Below are positions 1 to 13,800 of a DNA stretch of 64,000 nucleotides, one piece after another. This DNA comes from Macrostomum lignano. Lineage: Eukaryota. Each line of letters starts with the position of its first letter. Position 1 is the first letter of the stretch. The notes under the pieces are model-generated. The model searched no databases. It was not told the DNA's origin and saw nothing but the letters and a program-made list of their open reading frames with translations. The position numbers were made by a program, and so were the translations under genes. The stretch is taken from NCBI GenBank assembly GCA_002269645.1, contig NIVC01000150.1, forward strand, positions 124,001-188,000, written 5' to 3'.

Positions 1-519
1 ATACATCTACCCTCAATGTACATTCACTCTTAATATATCCCTACCTCTAATGTACATTCACCCTTAGTATACTTCTACCCCCAATGTACATTCATCCTTA
101 ATAAATTGGGATTCTAAGATATTTTGAAACAGAAGTCAAAATTTTCAGTTGGATTTGATTCTTTTTTTCCGCAATTTTTTCTGTAATTAAAAAGTATCAA
201 AGTTCGTCAACAGTATTTATTATTAGACTTGAAATCATGAGACAATAATATAATTCCAAGGCTACTGTGTATAAATTAAAGGTACAATCATAAAAACACA
301 ATTGACAGGTTACAGGTAATACAGTGAAATGAAAGCTCTGACCATCTTTTGCGCCAATGACAGCGCAATGCGCTTGAGAAGATTAAAAATCAACACTTCA
401 GTTTTGTTCTAGAATTTATGCAATTAATTATGAGATATTAATGACCAGTAATGACAGATTACATAAAAAAGGATAAAGAAGTTAATGAAAAATTTAATAC
501 AGAGTTACAACCTCGTTTG

Positions 520-925
520 TACATTCATCACTAATATACTCCTGTCCTCAATGTACATTCACCCTTAATATTCTACTGTCCCAATGTATAATCACCTTTA
601 ATATTCTCCTGTCCCTAATGTACACTTACCCTTAATATTCTCCTGTCCCCAATGTACACTTACCCTTAATATTCTCCTGTCCCCAATGTACATTTACCCT
701 TAATATTCTCCTGTCCCCAATGTACATTTACCCTTAATATTCTCCTGTCCCCAATGTACACTTACCCTTAATATTCTCCTGTCCCCAATGTACACTTACC
801 CTTAATATTCTCCTGTCCCCAATGTACATTCACCCCTAATATACTCCTACCCGGATGTACATTCACCACCCCTAATGTAGGAGTAATATACTGTACTCCT
901 ACCCTAATGTACAATTACCCCTAAT
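520..925. repeat. 34-bp minisatellite (AATGTACACTTACCCTTAATATTCTCCTGTCCCC); related copies at 1-100
   Basis: Units at 651, 685 and onward. Confidence 0.9.
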
Positions 926-1281
926 AAATCTTAATTCTTCAAGTTGAGCTCAACTTTCATTTTAGTAAAACAAAGTGTACCAAATTGTTAGATAAAGTAA
1001 GGCATTTTAATAATCAGGCACTGAATTTAGACACGACACAGAAGAGTTAATAGGCTGGAATAACGCAGAAAAACAACAAAATCTATGCAGATTGCTATAG
1101 ATTGCCGGCCGTATGCTAGCCATAAATTTAGTGATCTAAACAGAAGTTCATTAGATGATCATAGAAATTATACATTTCGCGACAGAAACTTTAACTTTTA
1201 AAAAAATTACCAACTTTATAGACCAAAACAATTTCATGGATTTTATAGATTCATAGTGCTTTCATGAGGTTTTCATAAAAA

Positions 1282-1672
1282 CCATAGAATTTCATAGAAA
1301 TCATAGAATTTCATAGAAATCATAGAATTTCATAGAAATCATAGAATTTCATAGAAATCATAGAATTTCATAGAAACCATAGAATTTCATAGAAACCATA
1401 GAATTTCATAGAAACCATAGAATTTCATAGAAATCATAGAATTTCATAGAAACCATAGAATTTCATAGAAACCATAGAATTTCATAGAATTTCATAGAAA
1501 CCATAGAATTTCATAGAAATCATAGAATTTCATAGAAACCATAGAATTTTATAGAAATCATAGAATTTCATAGAAATCATAGAATTTCATAGAAACCATA
1601 GAATTTCATAGAAATCATAGAATTTCATAGAAATCATAGAATCTCATAGAAACCATAGAGTTTCATAGAAAT
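1282..1672. repeat. 19-bp minisatellite (CATAGAATTTCATAGAAAY)
   Basis: Direct inspection; internally a 10+9 bp dimer. Confidence 0.95.
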
Positions 1673-1859
1673 GACCAACTTTCCAAGAAATCTCTGATTA
1701 GTATCGGCAGTGCTAGTAGTGCTAAGACAATAACGATTGATCGAGAAGAATAACGATAACGACGTAAGTCCTGACTAAGGCAAATTGAGAAATTTAGGGA
1801 AGCAATTGTATGACAAAATTATTAATAATTGATTATCAATTTGACCCCAAGCCGATGAG

Positions 1860-4800
1860 TCACAGTTTGGCAGGCCTGTCGCTGTGCAGCAGCATCAGGT
1901 CTCGAATATCCAGCAGGCTGTCCCTCAGGCTGGCCGCCAGCCGATCCGAGTCGGTTCCGCGCCGGTCGCTATAAGCGGTGAGCGACACCAGGAATTTGTC
2001 GTCAAGCTGGTTATAGCAGACACCGTAGCCGTCTGGCACCACCGGCCCGAAACTCATGGTGGCGCCGGTCTGCGACGGCACCTGGCTGGTGCTGAGCTGG
2101 AAGTGCTGAGCTCGGCGAAATGCCCCGGAGTCGAACAGCGGATGCTGCGGCAGGCCGTGCTCCTTGGCGATGAGGCGCAGGCCCAGCAGGTGACGATCGA
2201 TGCCCTGGCCAGCCACGGCCTGGGCGGTGAGCAGCGAGTGGGCCTGGCAGGCCACGCGGAAGGCCTGCGCAGCCGCATGGGATTCGTCCTTGAAGCGGTG
2301 GTGGGGAAATTGAAACTGCCAGTTTTATTGTCATTTTTTTATTCTTATGGCAGGCATATGGGGTTGCTTTATAAGACTTTTTTTATGATTTTCAGTGCCA
2401 TTTGTTGAAGATCGACAGTGCCATTTGTTGAAGATCGACAGTGCCATATGTTAAAGATCGGCAGTGCCATTTGTTGAAGATCGACAGTGCCATATGTTAA
2501 AGATCGGCAGTGCCATTTGTTGAAGATCGACAGTGCCATTTGTTGAAGATCGGCAGTGCCATTTGTTGAAGATCGGCAGTGCCATTTGTTGAAGATCGGC
2601 AGTGCCATTTGTTGAAGATCGGCAGTGCCATTTGTTGAAGATCGGCAGTGTCATTTGTTGAAGATCGGCAGTGCCATTTGTTGAAGATCGGCAGTGCCAT
2701 TTGTTGAAGATCGGCAGTGCCATTTTTAAATATCGGCAGTGCCATTTTTAAATATCGGCAGTGCCATTTTTAAATATCGGCAGTGCCATTTTTAAATATC
2801 GGCAGTGCCATTTTAAAAATCGGCAGTGCCATTTTTAAAGATCGGCAGTGCCATTTTTAAAGATCGGCAGTGCCATTTTTAAATATCGACAGTGCCATTT
2901 TTTAACATCAGCAGTGCCATTTTGATGATTGAAAAAGCTAGCTTTGATGCTAGCTCTTTGAGCTGTTGTTCTTTGAGAAGTAGAGAAGTTTTCATGATTC
3001 TATAGTCTACTCTCATTTTCAGTCAATACACTATAGATACTCAAAATTTATCACTTCAAAATGGCACTGTCAATCTTCAAAGATGGCACTGCTGATTTTC
3101 AAAATTTGCAGTAATGACCTCAAGAATGCACTGCTGAACTTCAAATATGGCATTAATGATCCTTAAAAGTGGCACTACAGATCCTCAAAAATGGCACTGC
3201 TGATCCTCAAAAATGGCACTGCTGATCCTCAAAAATGGCACTGCTGATACAAAAAATGGCAATGCTGATCCTCAAAAATGGCACTGCTGATACAAAAAAT
3301 GGCACTAATGTTAAAATCAATTGACATTCCTAAGTCGATGACAGTGTTGAATTGCCAAGAAACAGTCTCCTTGCCTGCCTCACCTGACTCATAAGCTGGC
3401 AGAACCTGGCGCTCTCCACGGTGCACGATCGAATCGTGTCAGTTCGACCCAGACGGAACCTGCGTAGCGATCCGGACTCGTAGGTGGCGCAGTGCTGCTG
3501 GTACAGCCTGAAGTAGGCCAGCTGGAGGGCCACCTGAAATATTTTTGTTAATAAGGCCGTTTTAAGTATGTGCACAATCACTCATCAGTAGTACGATGTT
3601 TCTGTAAACTGCAAATCATCCAGTGGGCCGCCGCATCTCCTTAAAAAATCAGGAAAACCTCCAGGCAACCCTTCAGTCTTTCAGGCAACCCTTCAAGCAA
3701 TCCTTCAGGCAACCCTTCAGGGAACCCTTCAGTCCTTCAGGCAAACCTTCAAGCAATCCTTCAGGCAACCCTTCAGTCCTTCAGGCAAACCTTCAGGCAA
3801 CCATTCAGTCCTTCAGACAACTATTCAGTCTCTCAGATGATTCTCTAGTTCTTCAGGCAACCTTCATTTCTTCAGGCAACCTTCAGTCCTTCAGGCAACC
3901 CTTCAGTCCTTCAGGCAACCCTTCAGTCCTTCAGTCAAACCTTCAGGCAACCATTCAGTCCTTCAGACAACCTTCTTTTTTCAGGCAACCTTTAGTCCTT
4001 CAGAATCAGGCAACCCGTCAGTCCTTCAGGCAGCTCTAAAGTGGACAAAAACTAGTCATGAAGGATTGCCCTGAAATTTATAAAGACCAATGACTCGTTA
4101 CGTCACCCACTACTGCGATACTCAAACGAACCTGAAAGTACGCATCGGGACTCAGGCGGCACTGATTTTTAACAAACAATTTTCCGTAAGCGTCAAACTC
4201 CAAGCAGGTGATCTGCAGGTTGTCAATATGAGACTGCAGCGCGGCGTCGGCTTCGGCCAGGTCTTTATTAAAGCTGGCGTAGGGCTTGAAGTCCAACAGC
4301 TGGCAGGGGATGTCGGGCAAGCCATCCGGCAGGTCGAGGTCACTGGCGGCGCCGGATGCCAGCCGGTCGAGCAGGTTGTCGAATATTCGAATAGCGGCTA
4401 CGCCTTCGGCCGGCGAGTGCTCGTAGTGGAAACCGAACGCGCCGTCCTCGCAAATTATCAACTTCGGGGTTTGGGTTGGGGTTTAATAGGCATGTTGCAA
4501 ATTTATTATACGCAAAAAAATTCAGAATTGAACAGAATTAAAGAAGTAGATTGACAGTGCAAAGTGGACAGTGGAACAAAGACCTATTCAGAATCTAAAA
4601 GAATAACAGTGGAACAAAGACCTATTCAGAATCTAAAAGAATAACAGTGGAACAAAGACCTATTCAGAATCTAAAAGAATAACAGTGGAACAAAGACCTA
4701 TTCAGAATCTAAAAGAATAACAGTGGAACAGACCTATTCAGAATCTAAAAGAATAACAGTGGAACAAAGACCTATTCAGAATCTAAAAGAATAACTGTGG

Positions 4801-7800
4801 AACAAAGATCTATTCAGAATCTAAAAGAATAACAGTGGAACAAAGACCTATTCAGAATCTAAAAGAATAACTGTGGAACAAAGACCTATTCAGAATCTAA
4901 AAGAATAACTGTGGAACAAAGACCTATTCAGAATCTAAAAGAATAACTGTGGAACAAATACCTATTCAGAATCTAAAAGAATAACAGTGGAACAAAGACC
5001 TATTCAGAATCTAAAAGAATAACTGTGGAACAAAGATCTATTCAGAATCTAAAAGAATAACAGTGGAACAAAGACCTATTCAGAATCTAAAAGAATAACA
5101 GTGGAACAAAGACCTATTCGGAATCTAAAAGAATCACTGTGGTACAAAGACCCATTGAGAATCTAAAAGAATAACTGTGGAACAAAGACCTATTCAGAAT
5201 TTGAAGAAAAGGCAGTGTAACAAAGACTTGCCAAGTCCGCATACTAACAACAAAGACTCAATTCTCACAAGCCGCTCACCTGCAGAGTCTTATCAAAGAA
5301 TCTATTGGCACTATGGCCCGAGCCGAAGCCCCATCCGTGCAGCATGTTGCCGCACACTTCGGCGTCCCGCTCAGCCCTGGTGGCCCTCGCCCACTCCTGG
5401 CCCTGCAGCAGCGGCCGGTCGAGGCACAGCAGAAATGCCGAACGCTCAATCTGGCGCATTGCGCTGGCGTTGTCCGGGTGAGCCGCCACCAGCTGCGCCT
5501 TGGCGTCCGCCCAGCGGTCCCGGTGCATGGAGGACAGCAGGCCGACGCCACCGTTGGGGATGGAGAATCGGCGCTCGGAGTGGCCTTCGACAATGTCCAC
5601 CTGGGCGGAGGCGGGGGAGGAACAGCTGGTGCGTGTGTGCTGCTGCTTGACAGTAGCTGTGCAGGTGTCTGACAGTAGCTATGCAGGTGTCTGACAGTAG
5701 CTATGCAGGTGTCTGACAGTAGCTATGCAGGTGTCTGACAGTAGCTATGCAGGTGTCTGACAGTAGCTATGCAGGTGTCTGACAGTAGCTATGTAGGTGT
5801 CTGACAGTAACTATGTAGGTGTCTGACAGTAACTATGTAGGTGTCTGACAGTAACTATGTAGGTGTCTGACAGTAGCTGTGAGGATGTCTGAATAAAGGC
5901 AGCTCCTACCAGTTGAGCCAACACATCTGGCAGCGGCAGGGGTTCCCACAGGCCTCGCTGAGCATCCTCGGGTCTGAGCAGCTGCACCCTATAGAACTGG
6001 TTCTCGTAGGCGACCACCATGTAGTCGCTGGGCCGTCCATCCCATACGAGCTGGGCGTCCCGGACAGGCTGGGCCAGACGGCAGGTGCCCAGCACACCAT
6101 AATACTGGCTCATATCCAGCGGCGCGTTCCGCAGCCGTTCAACGGGAAGGCTGCCCTCTGCCAGGAGGCGTTGAAAGTCCACCAAGCCGAGCGCGGCCTC
6201 GGCGCAGAAGGCCAGCCAGTCCGCCCGGCTGCAGAAGCGCTGGCGGGGCAGCCGGACTCCCGGATTCACGTTGATGACGGAGGACTCTCGGAAACCCAGG
6301 TAGGCAGTGTTCACCCACCAGTCTGTGAGCTGTTGGGAGGTTGGGGTTCGAAGCTTAGGGAATTATTGAGACCTACCCAGTGGGGAAAAAATCGAGCGCA
6401 CTGTGGGCGTAGTACGCCTAAGGTACGCCAGGGATGCGCTCTGAAAAATATTAAAAGGTTATTTTTTCTAGTCAAGCTATGTGGATTATCATCAAAACTT
6501 AATTTTCAGGATGTTTAAACAATAATAAAAGAAAAGAAACCATATTTAAATGTTGCTCAGCTTAGTACGCTTCACAATCCTTTGGGCGCACTGTTTGGGC
6601 GACTGTGCTAATTTATTGAAATTATTTGTGAAAATGAAAGCCAATTGTTTAACACTGCACACATAGCAATATTTTTATCATATTAACGTCCTTTGTTTAT
6701 TATTAACACATCAAAAGCAATTATTTTAGTAACATAGTGTATGCATGATTTTATACTGAAATACAAAAAAATTGTTGCAGAAAATCTGCCTCGTTTTTTT
6801 CTTCAAGTGTCTACTTATAGTAGAGCAGCAATGATAGAAAATTATTTTACCTCGTAGTGTTACTGCGTCACATCGTACAGCTGACTCAGACTGATGCTAA
6901 TCGGGTGCTGATTTCACACATAGGTCACACTGGTCTTAAGCTAATCGATTTTCAGACTTGATTTATCAAATATTGACCAGTGTGAATAAATTCCGGTACC
7001 ATTTTCAAAGTTATGCCAGTCGAATCACATTTTTCAATATACAAGCACTTCAACCCTTACCCTCATATTTAGAGGAGACTGAAGAGGAGAAAGGAAAGAG
7101 GAAAGAGGAGAGAGAGATGAGAGGAGAGAGGAGAGCTGAGAAGAGTTATAAACATTGAGCTGGCCGGATTGCTATTGTGAAGTTTCACAAGCCCTCGGAC
7201 CGGAGTTTGCCTACTCCTGGCAATTGTCGGAAACCTCGAACATTGGACAGGAAGCATTTCAAGTTCCAACCTCTCCCCAATTTTAGCTTCAACTGTATCT
7301 CTAGTTATACTCATGCATGTCTAATTTGCTCTCATTGAATCTGACTTATTAATGTAAATGTCAAAAATATCAGGGTAAAGAGGTGGATTTATTGGGGTTG
7401 GGACTCCCAAAAATACTTTGCTAGAACATATTGCGCCCTCTAAACTTGATTTTTCGCCCCTACACGCACTTGTAATTGCGCCCCCTAGCTTAAAAAATGG
7501 CGCCCCTCATACTCATGTTGGTGCCCCAGACTTGAACCGCCCCCCCCCCTAAATTGCAGCTAAAGTGCATGTGAAGTGCATTTATCGATTGCACACTTGC
7601 CAATTTAATTTATACTCTTTAATGACTCCATGTTGAATGCTTTGCAGGTAATCCTGTCGGACGATGTCGAACCGAGCTCCATTCGGTTCGTACGTGAGCT
7701 GAAGACACGGAAGAAGCGACTACGCGACGTGCTAGCTCTCGTCCAACCCCCGAGTCTTTACGGAGGCGGATTTGAGAAATTCACGTCGTCAGTATCAGTC

Positions 7801-10800
7801 GCAGGTTAGTACTGCCAAAAGAAAATATGTCGTGTCGTTCGTAGTGACTTTTAGGGGATTGGATTCTAACCTTATCCATCCACCCCTGCGGAGCTGCACG
7901 TGGATCAGCGCCGAATTCCATCTGCGTTTGTTGCTGTTGTGGGCTGTCAACCTACAGTGTTCAGGTTTGCCCGCGTTCAAAATCTGCAACTCGTCGGCCA
8001 GGAGGTCATCGTCGGACTTGCTAGTTTGCCTGTCCTTCATTCGGACTGGAATCCGTTGGAAGCGCTGGCTGCTGTTCCCGCGACTTCGCCGAATCGCGGT
8101 TGCTCCTTCGCTCACATCCGGCAGCTGGCAGCCGATCCATTTGGAAACCTAGGTGACGAATTTCAGGTCCCTGTGACCGACATTCTCGGCGCATGTGTTT
8201 TGACGGACACGCATATTGCCTTGATGCCGCATCCGCAGACTTGTTTTGCTTAGGCACCTGTCTGCATGCATTATTTACTCGTATGCTCCTACGTCTTGCA
8301 GCATATGCTTCCAAACATACTTGCTATTGTCACATGGTCATGCTTATGCTACTTACATGCTTACATTAGAAATATGTGCTATGTTTTTCTTCTTCGCTGA
8401 TGTCACTCGTTTTTTATAACTCTGGCATCTCATAAATTGATCCACTGTAATACCTTGTATCATAAATTCACGCTTTTACGCCGGTGCGTGACTGGCGACT
8501 GCGTCGGCTGCTTCCAGCTGCTGTTAATGCGAGAATTGTTTAGCACGAGCACGAGAATCGCGCAATAAGGACTGCTATAAATTATATATTTGTGCTGACA
8601 TAAGTACACAGATGAGGTGGAATGATTAAACGCTTTCCCCACTTAAATTGCTAATACCTAGAACCACACGTTGCTGCTTCGTTGTTTTCCTTACGAATAT
8701 CGTCTCAGGCTATAATGGAAGGGTTTTATACGCCTCGTGACGTCATGACAACTACTTCCACTAATTCTATGTTCATTGATTTTCAGCAAGCATTCATGGA
8801 GAAGCGTCCAAGACCTGCAAAGTGGCTTCGGAAGGAACAACCGATTGAGGAGCGCTGGCTGCGCGAAATGCGCGCCAGTGTAGTAGCGAAACAAGCTGCT
8901 GTCTCCGCTGACGCTGTTCGGACTAATGTCGAATATTCCGCTGGTGCAGGTGAACCGGAAATGGAAGCGCAGTCGGAAAATCTATTCGCCTTCTACGGCA
9001 ACCTGAGTCCGGCCAGCAGGGCCCATATTGCGGCTGAGCAGAACTATTTCTTCGACGTCGGAGCCTCCGAACCAGCTTCGACTCTAAAGACTGCAGAATT
9101 ACGTTCGAGCACTTGCATAAATGAGGCTCATGATGAAAGAGCCCGACTGCACGAGAAATGTGTTCGGGCGCTACAGCGCGCAGAAGTTGCCGTGCAGGTA
9201 AGAATTTATGCACGTATTGGTGGGAGGGTTACTTAGTAGAGAAAATCGGGACTGTTAACTTCAGCATGTCTTTATTTATACCATCTGTAGGAATACCGCG
9301 AAGCAATGGATGAGCTCGAGACTTTCGATCTTCGCAGTCAAGGCGAGTCAGTCTCTGTGTGCTGTACAGGCAGTTCTCTGTTTGCTAACTTCGACCCCGA
9401 CTCCAATAGCCGCTCGCCATCACCTGTCTTCAACAAGACTGTAAATGTCTGCTCGTACCGCGCTTACGTAGAGGGCCGGCACTGGTCGGAAGATGGAATG
9501 AATGGCCTTCTTGCCGCAGCCGCGGAGGAAACTGAGGGAACAATATATTCGATGTAGCCCGTTTCTCCTTACAATTATATCCAGAATATATTTACCTGAA
9601 AATGGGATTCTGCAAATCCTGAAAATTAGTGATAACTAATTTCCCCCCGTCCCCATCGATCGCGGATCAGCATTGAAATCGGTTAAAGCATTTAACACAC
9701 ATTTCCACAGCTTCTATATATTTGTCCATGTACTGGCGGTATAACCGCGATGAACAATGTCATTGATCGGCGAATAATAAAATATAATTCCTCAAGCTTC
9801 CACTTTCTGCACTTTCCGTTCCTCTTTTTATTTGCTTCATTTCTTAGTGGCTAAATGATGAATAGTATGAGCTACTTAGAAAGTATTTTGCTAATTACAT
9901 ATAGGATTCCTCGAAACACCTTCATTTGCAGCCCGTGCAGCGCAATGACGTCCAAAGCTTCTGGCAAGGCATCCGTGAAGACAGCTACGTCGGAATCGTC
10001 TACAGAAAAAAGAAAGCGCAAGGCTTCCAACCATTGTCAGCAGCCTGCTAAACCACACAGCAAGAAGCCATCCAAGAAAAGTAAGTCGCATTCCTGCGAC
10101 TCGGTTGCAGCGCCTCGAGGTTCGAAACAGTTGAATCCAACTGCTGTCTCGGCGCCTCCAACTGCTGTCTCGGCGCCTCCTGCTGCTGTCTCGGCGCCTC
10201 CTACTGCTGTCTCGGCGCCTCCTGCTGCTTTCTCGGCGCCTCCTGCTGCTGTCTCGGCGCCTCCTGCTGCTGTCTCGGCGCCTCCTGCTTCTGTCTCGGC
10301 GCCTCCTGCTTCTGTCTCGGCGCCTCCTGCTGCTGTCTCGGCGCCTCCTGCTGCTGTCTCGGCGCCTCCTGCTGCTGTCTCGGCGCCTCCTGCTGCTGTC
10401 TCGGCGCCTCCTGCTGCTGTCTCGGCGCCTCCTGCTGCTGTCTCGGCGCCTTCAACTGCTGCAGCCCCGACTGAAATTGCAGTGTCGCTCGAGGCTGAAA
10501 ACGCTGATAACGATCAGGAAATTGGTGAAATGCAGGGCTACAAAATGGAGGACAAAGAGCGTTTTTTTGTGTTTCAATACAAACACTTTCACATGCGTAC
10601 AGAGGTTGTCTCCACAGCAAGTAGTAATGCGCCGCTCATTGTGTCTCGTCGACGTGGAGTGATTGGGCGAATCGCGATTGGCAAAGAAGTCCTGATCGTA
10701 ACCGCAAAAACAAATCGCCAGAAGGCTAAGCGCTGGTTTGGCACCTTCATCAAGGGGCCATTCCAGAGGAAGGCCGAGGCTACCGGCGAGGCGGCCATGA

Positions 10801-13800
10801 CAAACGTTCATGCCACACCAGTTGACCTGCCTAGAGCGTGCGCCTCATGCCACATCCTTCTCATAGAGCTTCAGCGGAGCTCGAGCCTAGTAGAAACACT
10901 GCGTGAGAATCGTTCCCGTATATAACTACCAGTATACTCGCATAAATCGTGATCGCAAAGATGTTACATATTGCCTCGGTAATAATGCGAATGCGCTTTT
11001 TCACAATTATATTGCACAGGTACTGAACTCCGCAAGAAGGCGTCATTGGAGCAGACTTTCAACAGCCAACTGGACGCCCTAAAGGAGCGAAATAAAGTAC
11101 TGACGAAGATGGAGTCGTCACTTCTCCGCGAACTCCAAGCAGAGCAGCGGCGCGCTGCCGCACTGGAGCACAGAGCGACGCAGTGCAACGCCTTACTTAC
11201 GCAAGCCTCGACCATGCTCTGTGGCAACGTGTCGGCAGCGACAGTCGTCCTGTCCGACGAACATTCAGAGGAAGAAGCCGTCCACGCCGAGCAGCGTCAG
11301 GATAGCGAGGCAGACTTTGCAGTACAAGTCGACACGTGCTTGTCAGCTGCACAGACACGTGCATTGCTCAATGTGTGTGCGAAAATCTCCGCAGCGGGTG
11401 AAGCGTCGTCTTCCGACTCCTCTTTGAAAGTGCCGCTGTCGGAAAAGCAGCCGTACGTCCTTGTCAAACCAAAAAGAAAAATGGAGCTGCAGACGAGCTG
11501 CAGAATTGGAAGGATGTTGTCGCCAAGACGAGTGCAGAGTTGGTCCAAACGGAGGGGCACATAGAGATGCGCAGCACTGCACGTCTGACAGTGATACGCA
11601 GCCTTCTTCGATGCCTGTTTAGCGACGCGGAGTTTACTAACAGCTCCATCTCCGGTCGCAAGTCACGGGGCCGTGTCTGCCTGGCAGCCAACCCGGCGAA
11701 GATTGCCACCGCGGAACTGTGGCTGTCAGCTGAAGGCGTTGACTACAGTCCGCGCGATTTTAAGCGGTCGTTTAACAGGTGCGAAGATAAATATATGAAT
11801 GCTGCTTCTATAGCTTTATATTAAAGGCGCTCCGCTCCGCTCTTTAATACTCGTATAAAGCTATAGAAGCAGCGCTTAGCACCTTACCTTAGCGCTAAGG
11901 TGCAGCTAGGTTTTAACTATCCATTCCAGGTGCACTGAGACGGCTCGGAAGCGCGCCGGACAATCGGTCAGTACGACAGTAACAAGCAGTGGACGGCGTG
12001 CTGCGGCAGCTGTAGGCAATAAAAAGCCGATACGCAAGCGCGGCGCGAAGGTAGCTGCGAAGACGACATCAACATCGGCAGCAAGCTCCTCAGCTTCAGT
12101 GGTACTCCGTGTTATCACTGAAGGCGAGGCGGATGAGGCGGAGTCGCACGCCTTGCCTATTTCCTCGATGACGACATCTGCCAATCAAATCGTTTCAGAT
12201 GTCAGTCACCTCATGGGCGACGAGCATGCTGAACGTGCTGAACAGGACATGCTGAACGTCTTGCTCGATTCGTAAACTGCAGTTAGTGTGGTACAAGGAT
12301 CGTAACATTTTGGTTGTAGGATTCTAGGATTTCTGGTTCTTTAATCGGTTCTTAGGAAAAAGGAAAATTTTATGATTAAAGTCAGGATTGAAGCGGCTCT
12401 CCTTTCGGGCCGGGGACCGCTTGGCTCACCTATCCTATAATTTTTCATTTATCTTTTTTTCTCGTTTTTTTTCTGTTAAAAACCGCAATCTGCAGTTTTC
12501 TGATTCGGGGGTTTTTTTGGTACTACGCACGGCAATTTCGGAGACAAAATTCGAACGTAATTATGATATGATCACACTCGAAGGAGTGATATACAGTTGA
12601 TATACAGTTGATCGAAGAGGTATGGCCTCTGATATACAATGAGCAACTTTTACAGTTCCACTAAACATGTAATGGACTGTATTAGCAATAGGCTAATATT
12701 AGCAACATCATGGGAAGCTATGTGTAGTACCCTTTTTCCTCCGGGTTCGATCTTTCCAACTTGATTCCCTGTTATGTCGATCAAACCCATATATAAGTAT
12801 TGCCTAAATTTATATATACATATTTTAAAGTGATGAGGCCGCCTTCCAAAACTACACTTGTAACACTTCTCTAGTACACTTCCTAAAGCAACGTTTTTGT
12901 GCTTTTTTGGTCATTTCGCAATTTGACAATTTACCGCATTTGTCACTCACTAGCATTAAAATATAGACTATACGTCTATATTCTGTCCCTAAGTATAAGC
13001 ATTTTTGCCGCTTGGCTTCAATTTAATACAACATTTCTTATATACTCGGTGAATAAACTGAAATACAATTTACAGTGCCAGTCTGGATGCCAAGAATGAC
13101 GTCAAGGATGACGTCCATTTTTGCTATTTTCACAAATTAATTGACACCATTGTGGCTACGCTATTATATTTGAGGCCTTTACTTACTTTTCTGTCCGCAT
13201 TTTACCCGCTTTTAATCCGCCTGCTCGTCCGAATCGCCAAATGAAGCGATTTCGTCCGCATTTCACCCGCTTTTAATCCGCCTGCTCGTCCGAATCGCCA
13301 AATGAAGCGATTTCGTCCGCATTTCACCCGCTTTTAATCCGCCTGCTCGTCCGAATCGCCAAATGAAGCGATTTCGTCCGCATTTCACCCGCTTTTAATC
13401 CGCCTGCTCGTCCGAATCGCCAAATGAAGCGATTTCGTCCGCATTTCACCCGCTTTTCATCCGCCTGCTCGTCCGATTTGTTTAGTCAGTGCTAAAGTGA
13501 AACGGACGAAGCATCGGCAGATAAACGGATCAAACACCGGACTAACGAGCGGACGAACGTCACGTGAGGTGAAGTTTTCGTCCGCTTTCGTAACTTTTCG
13601 TCCGCTTTGTCCGATTTTCCCTTATGGAAAAAATACATTATCAACCGGACGAACTATCGGATAAGTGAGCGGACGAAAGAACCGGACCAAAGTCCAGGCG
13701 GGATGTGGGCAGACAGCGAGTCTGCCGAGTCAGATTTAAGTTCTAACTCGGACACCGACTGGCGTCCGCCCCAGGGTTTTTTAACTGAAGCACCAGGTGC

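Noticed and set aside
4565-5215. Regular repeats resembling a CRISPR array (also 54825-56292)
   Set aside because: There are no unique spacers, the context is a eukaryotic intron and no cas genes are present.
7381-7560. Cluster of CGCCCC motifs as a nested MITE
   Set aside because: No terminal inverted repeats or target duplication could be identified.
11906-12184. Minus-strand 92-aa ORF
   Set aside because: Antisense shadow of the plus-strand last exon of the BEN gene.
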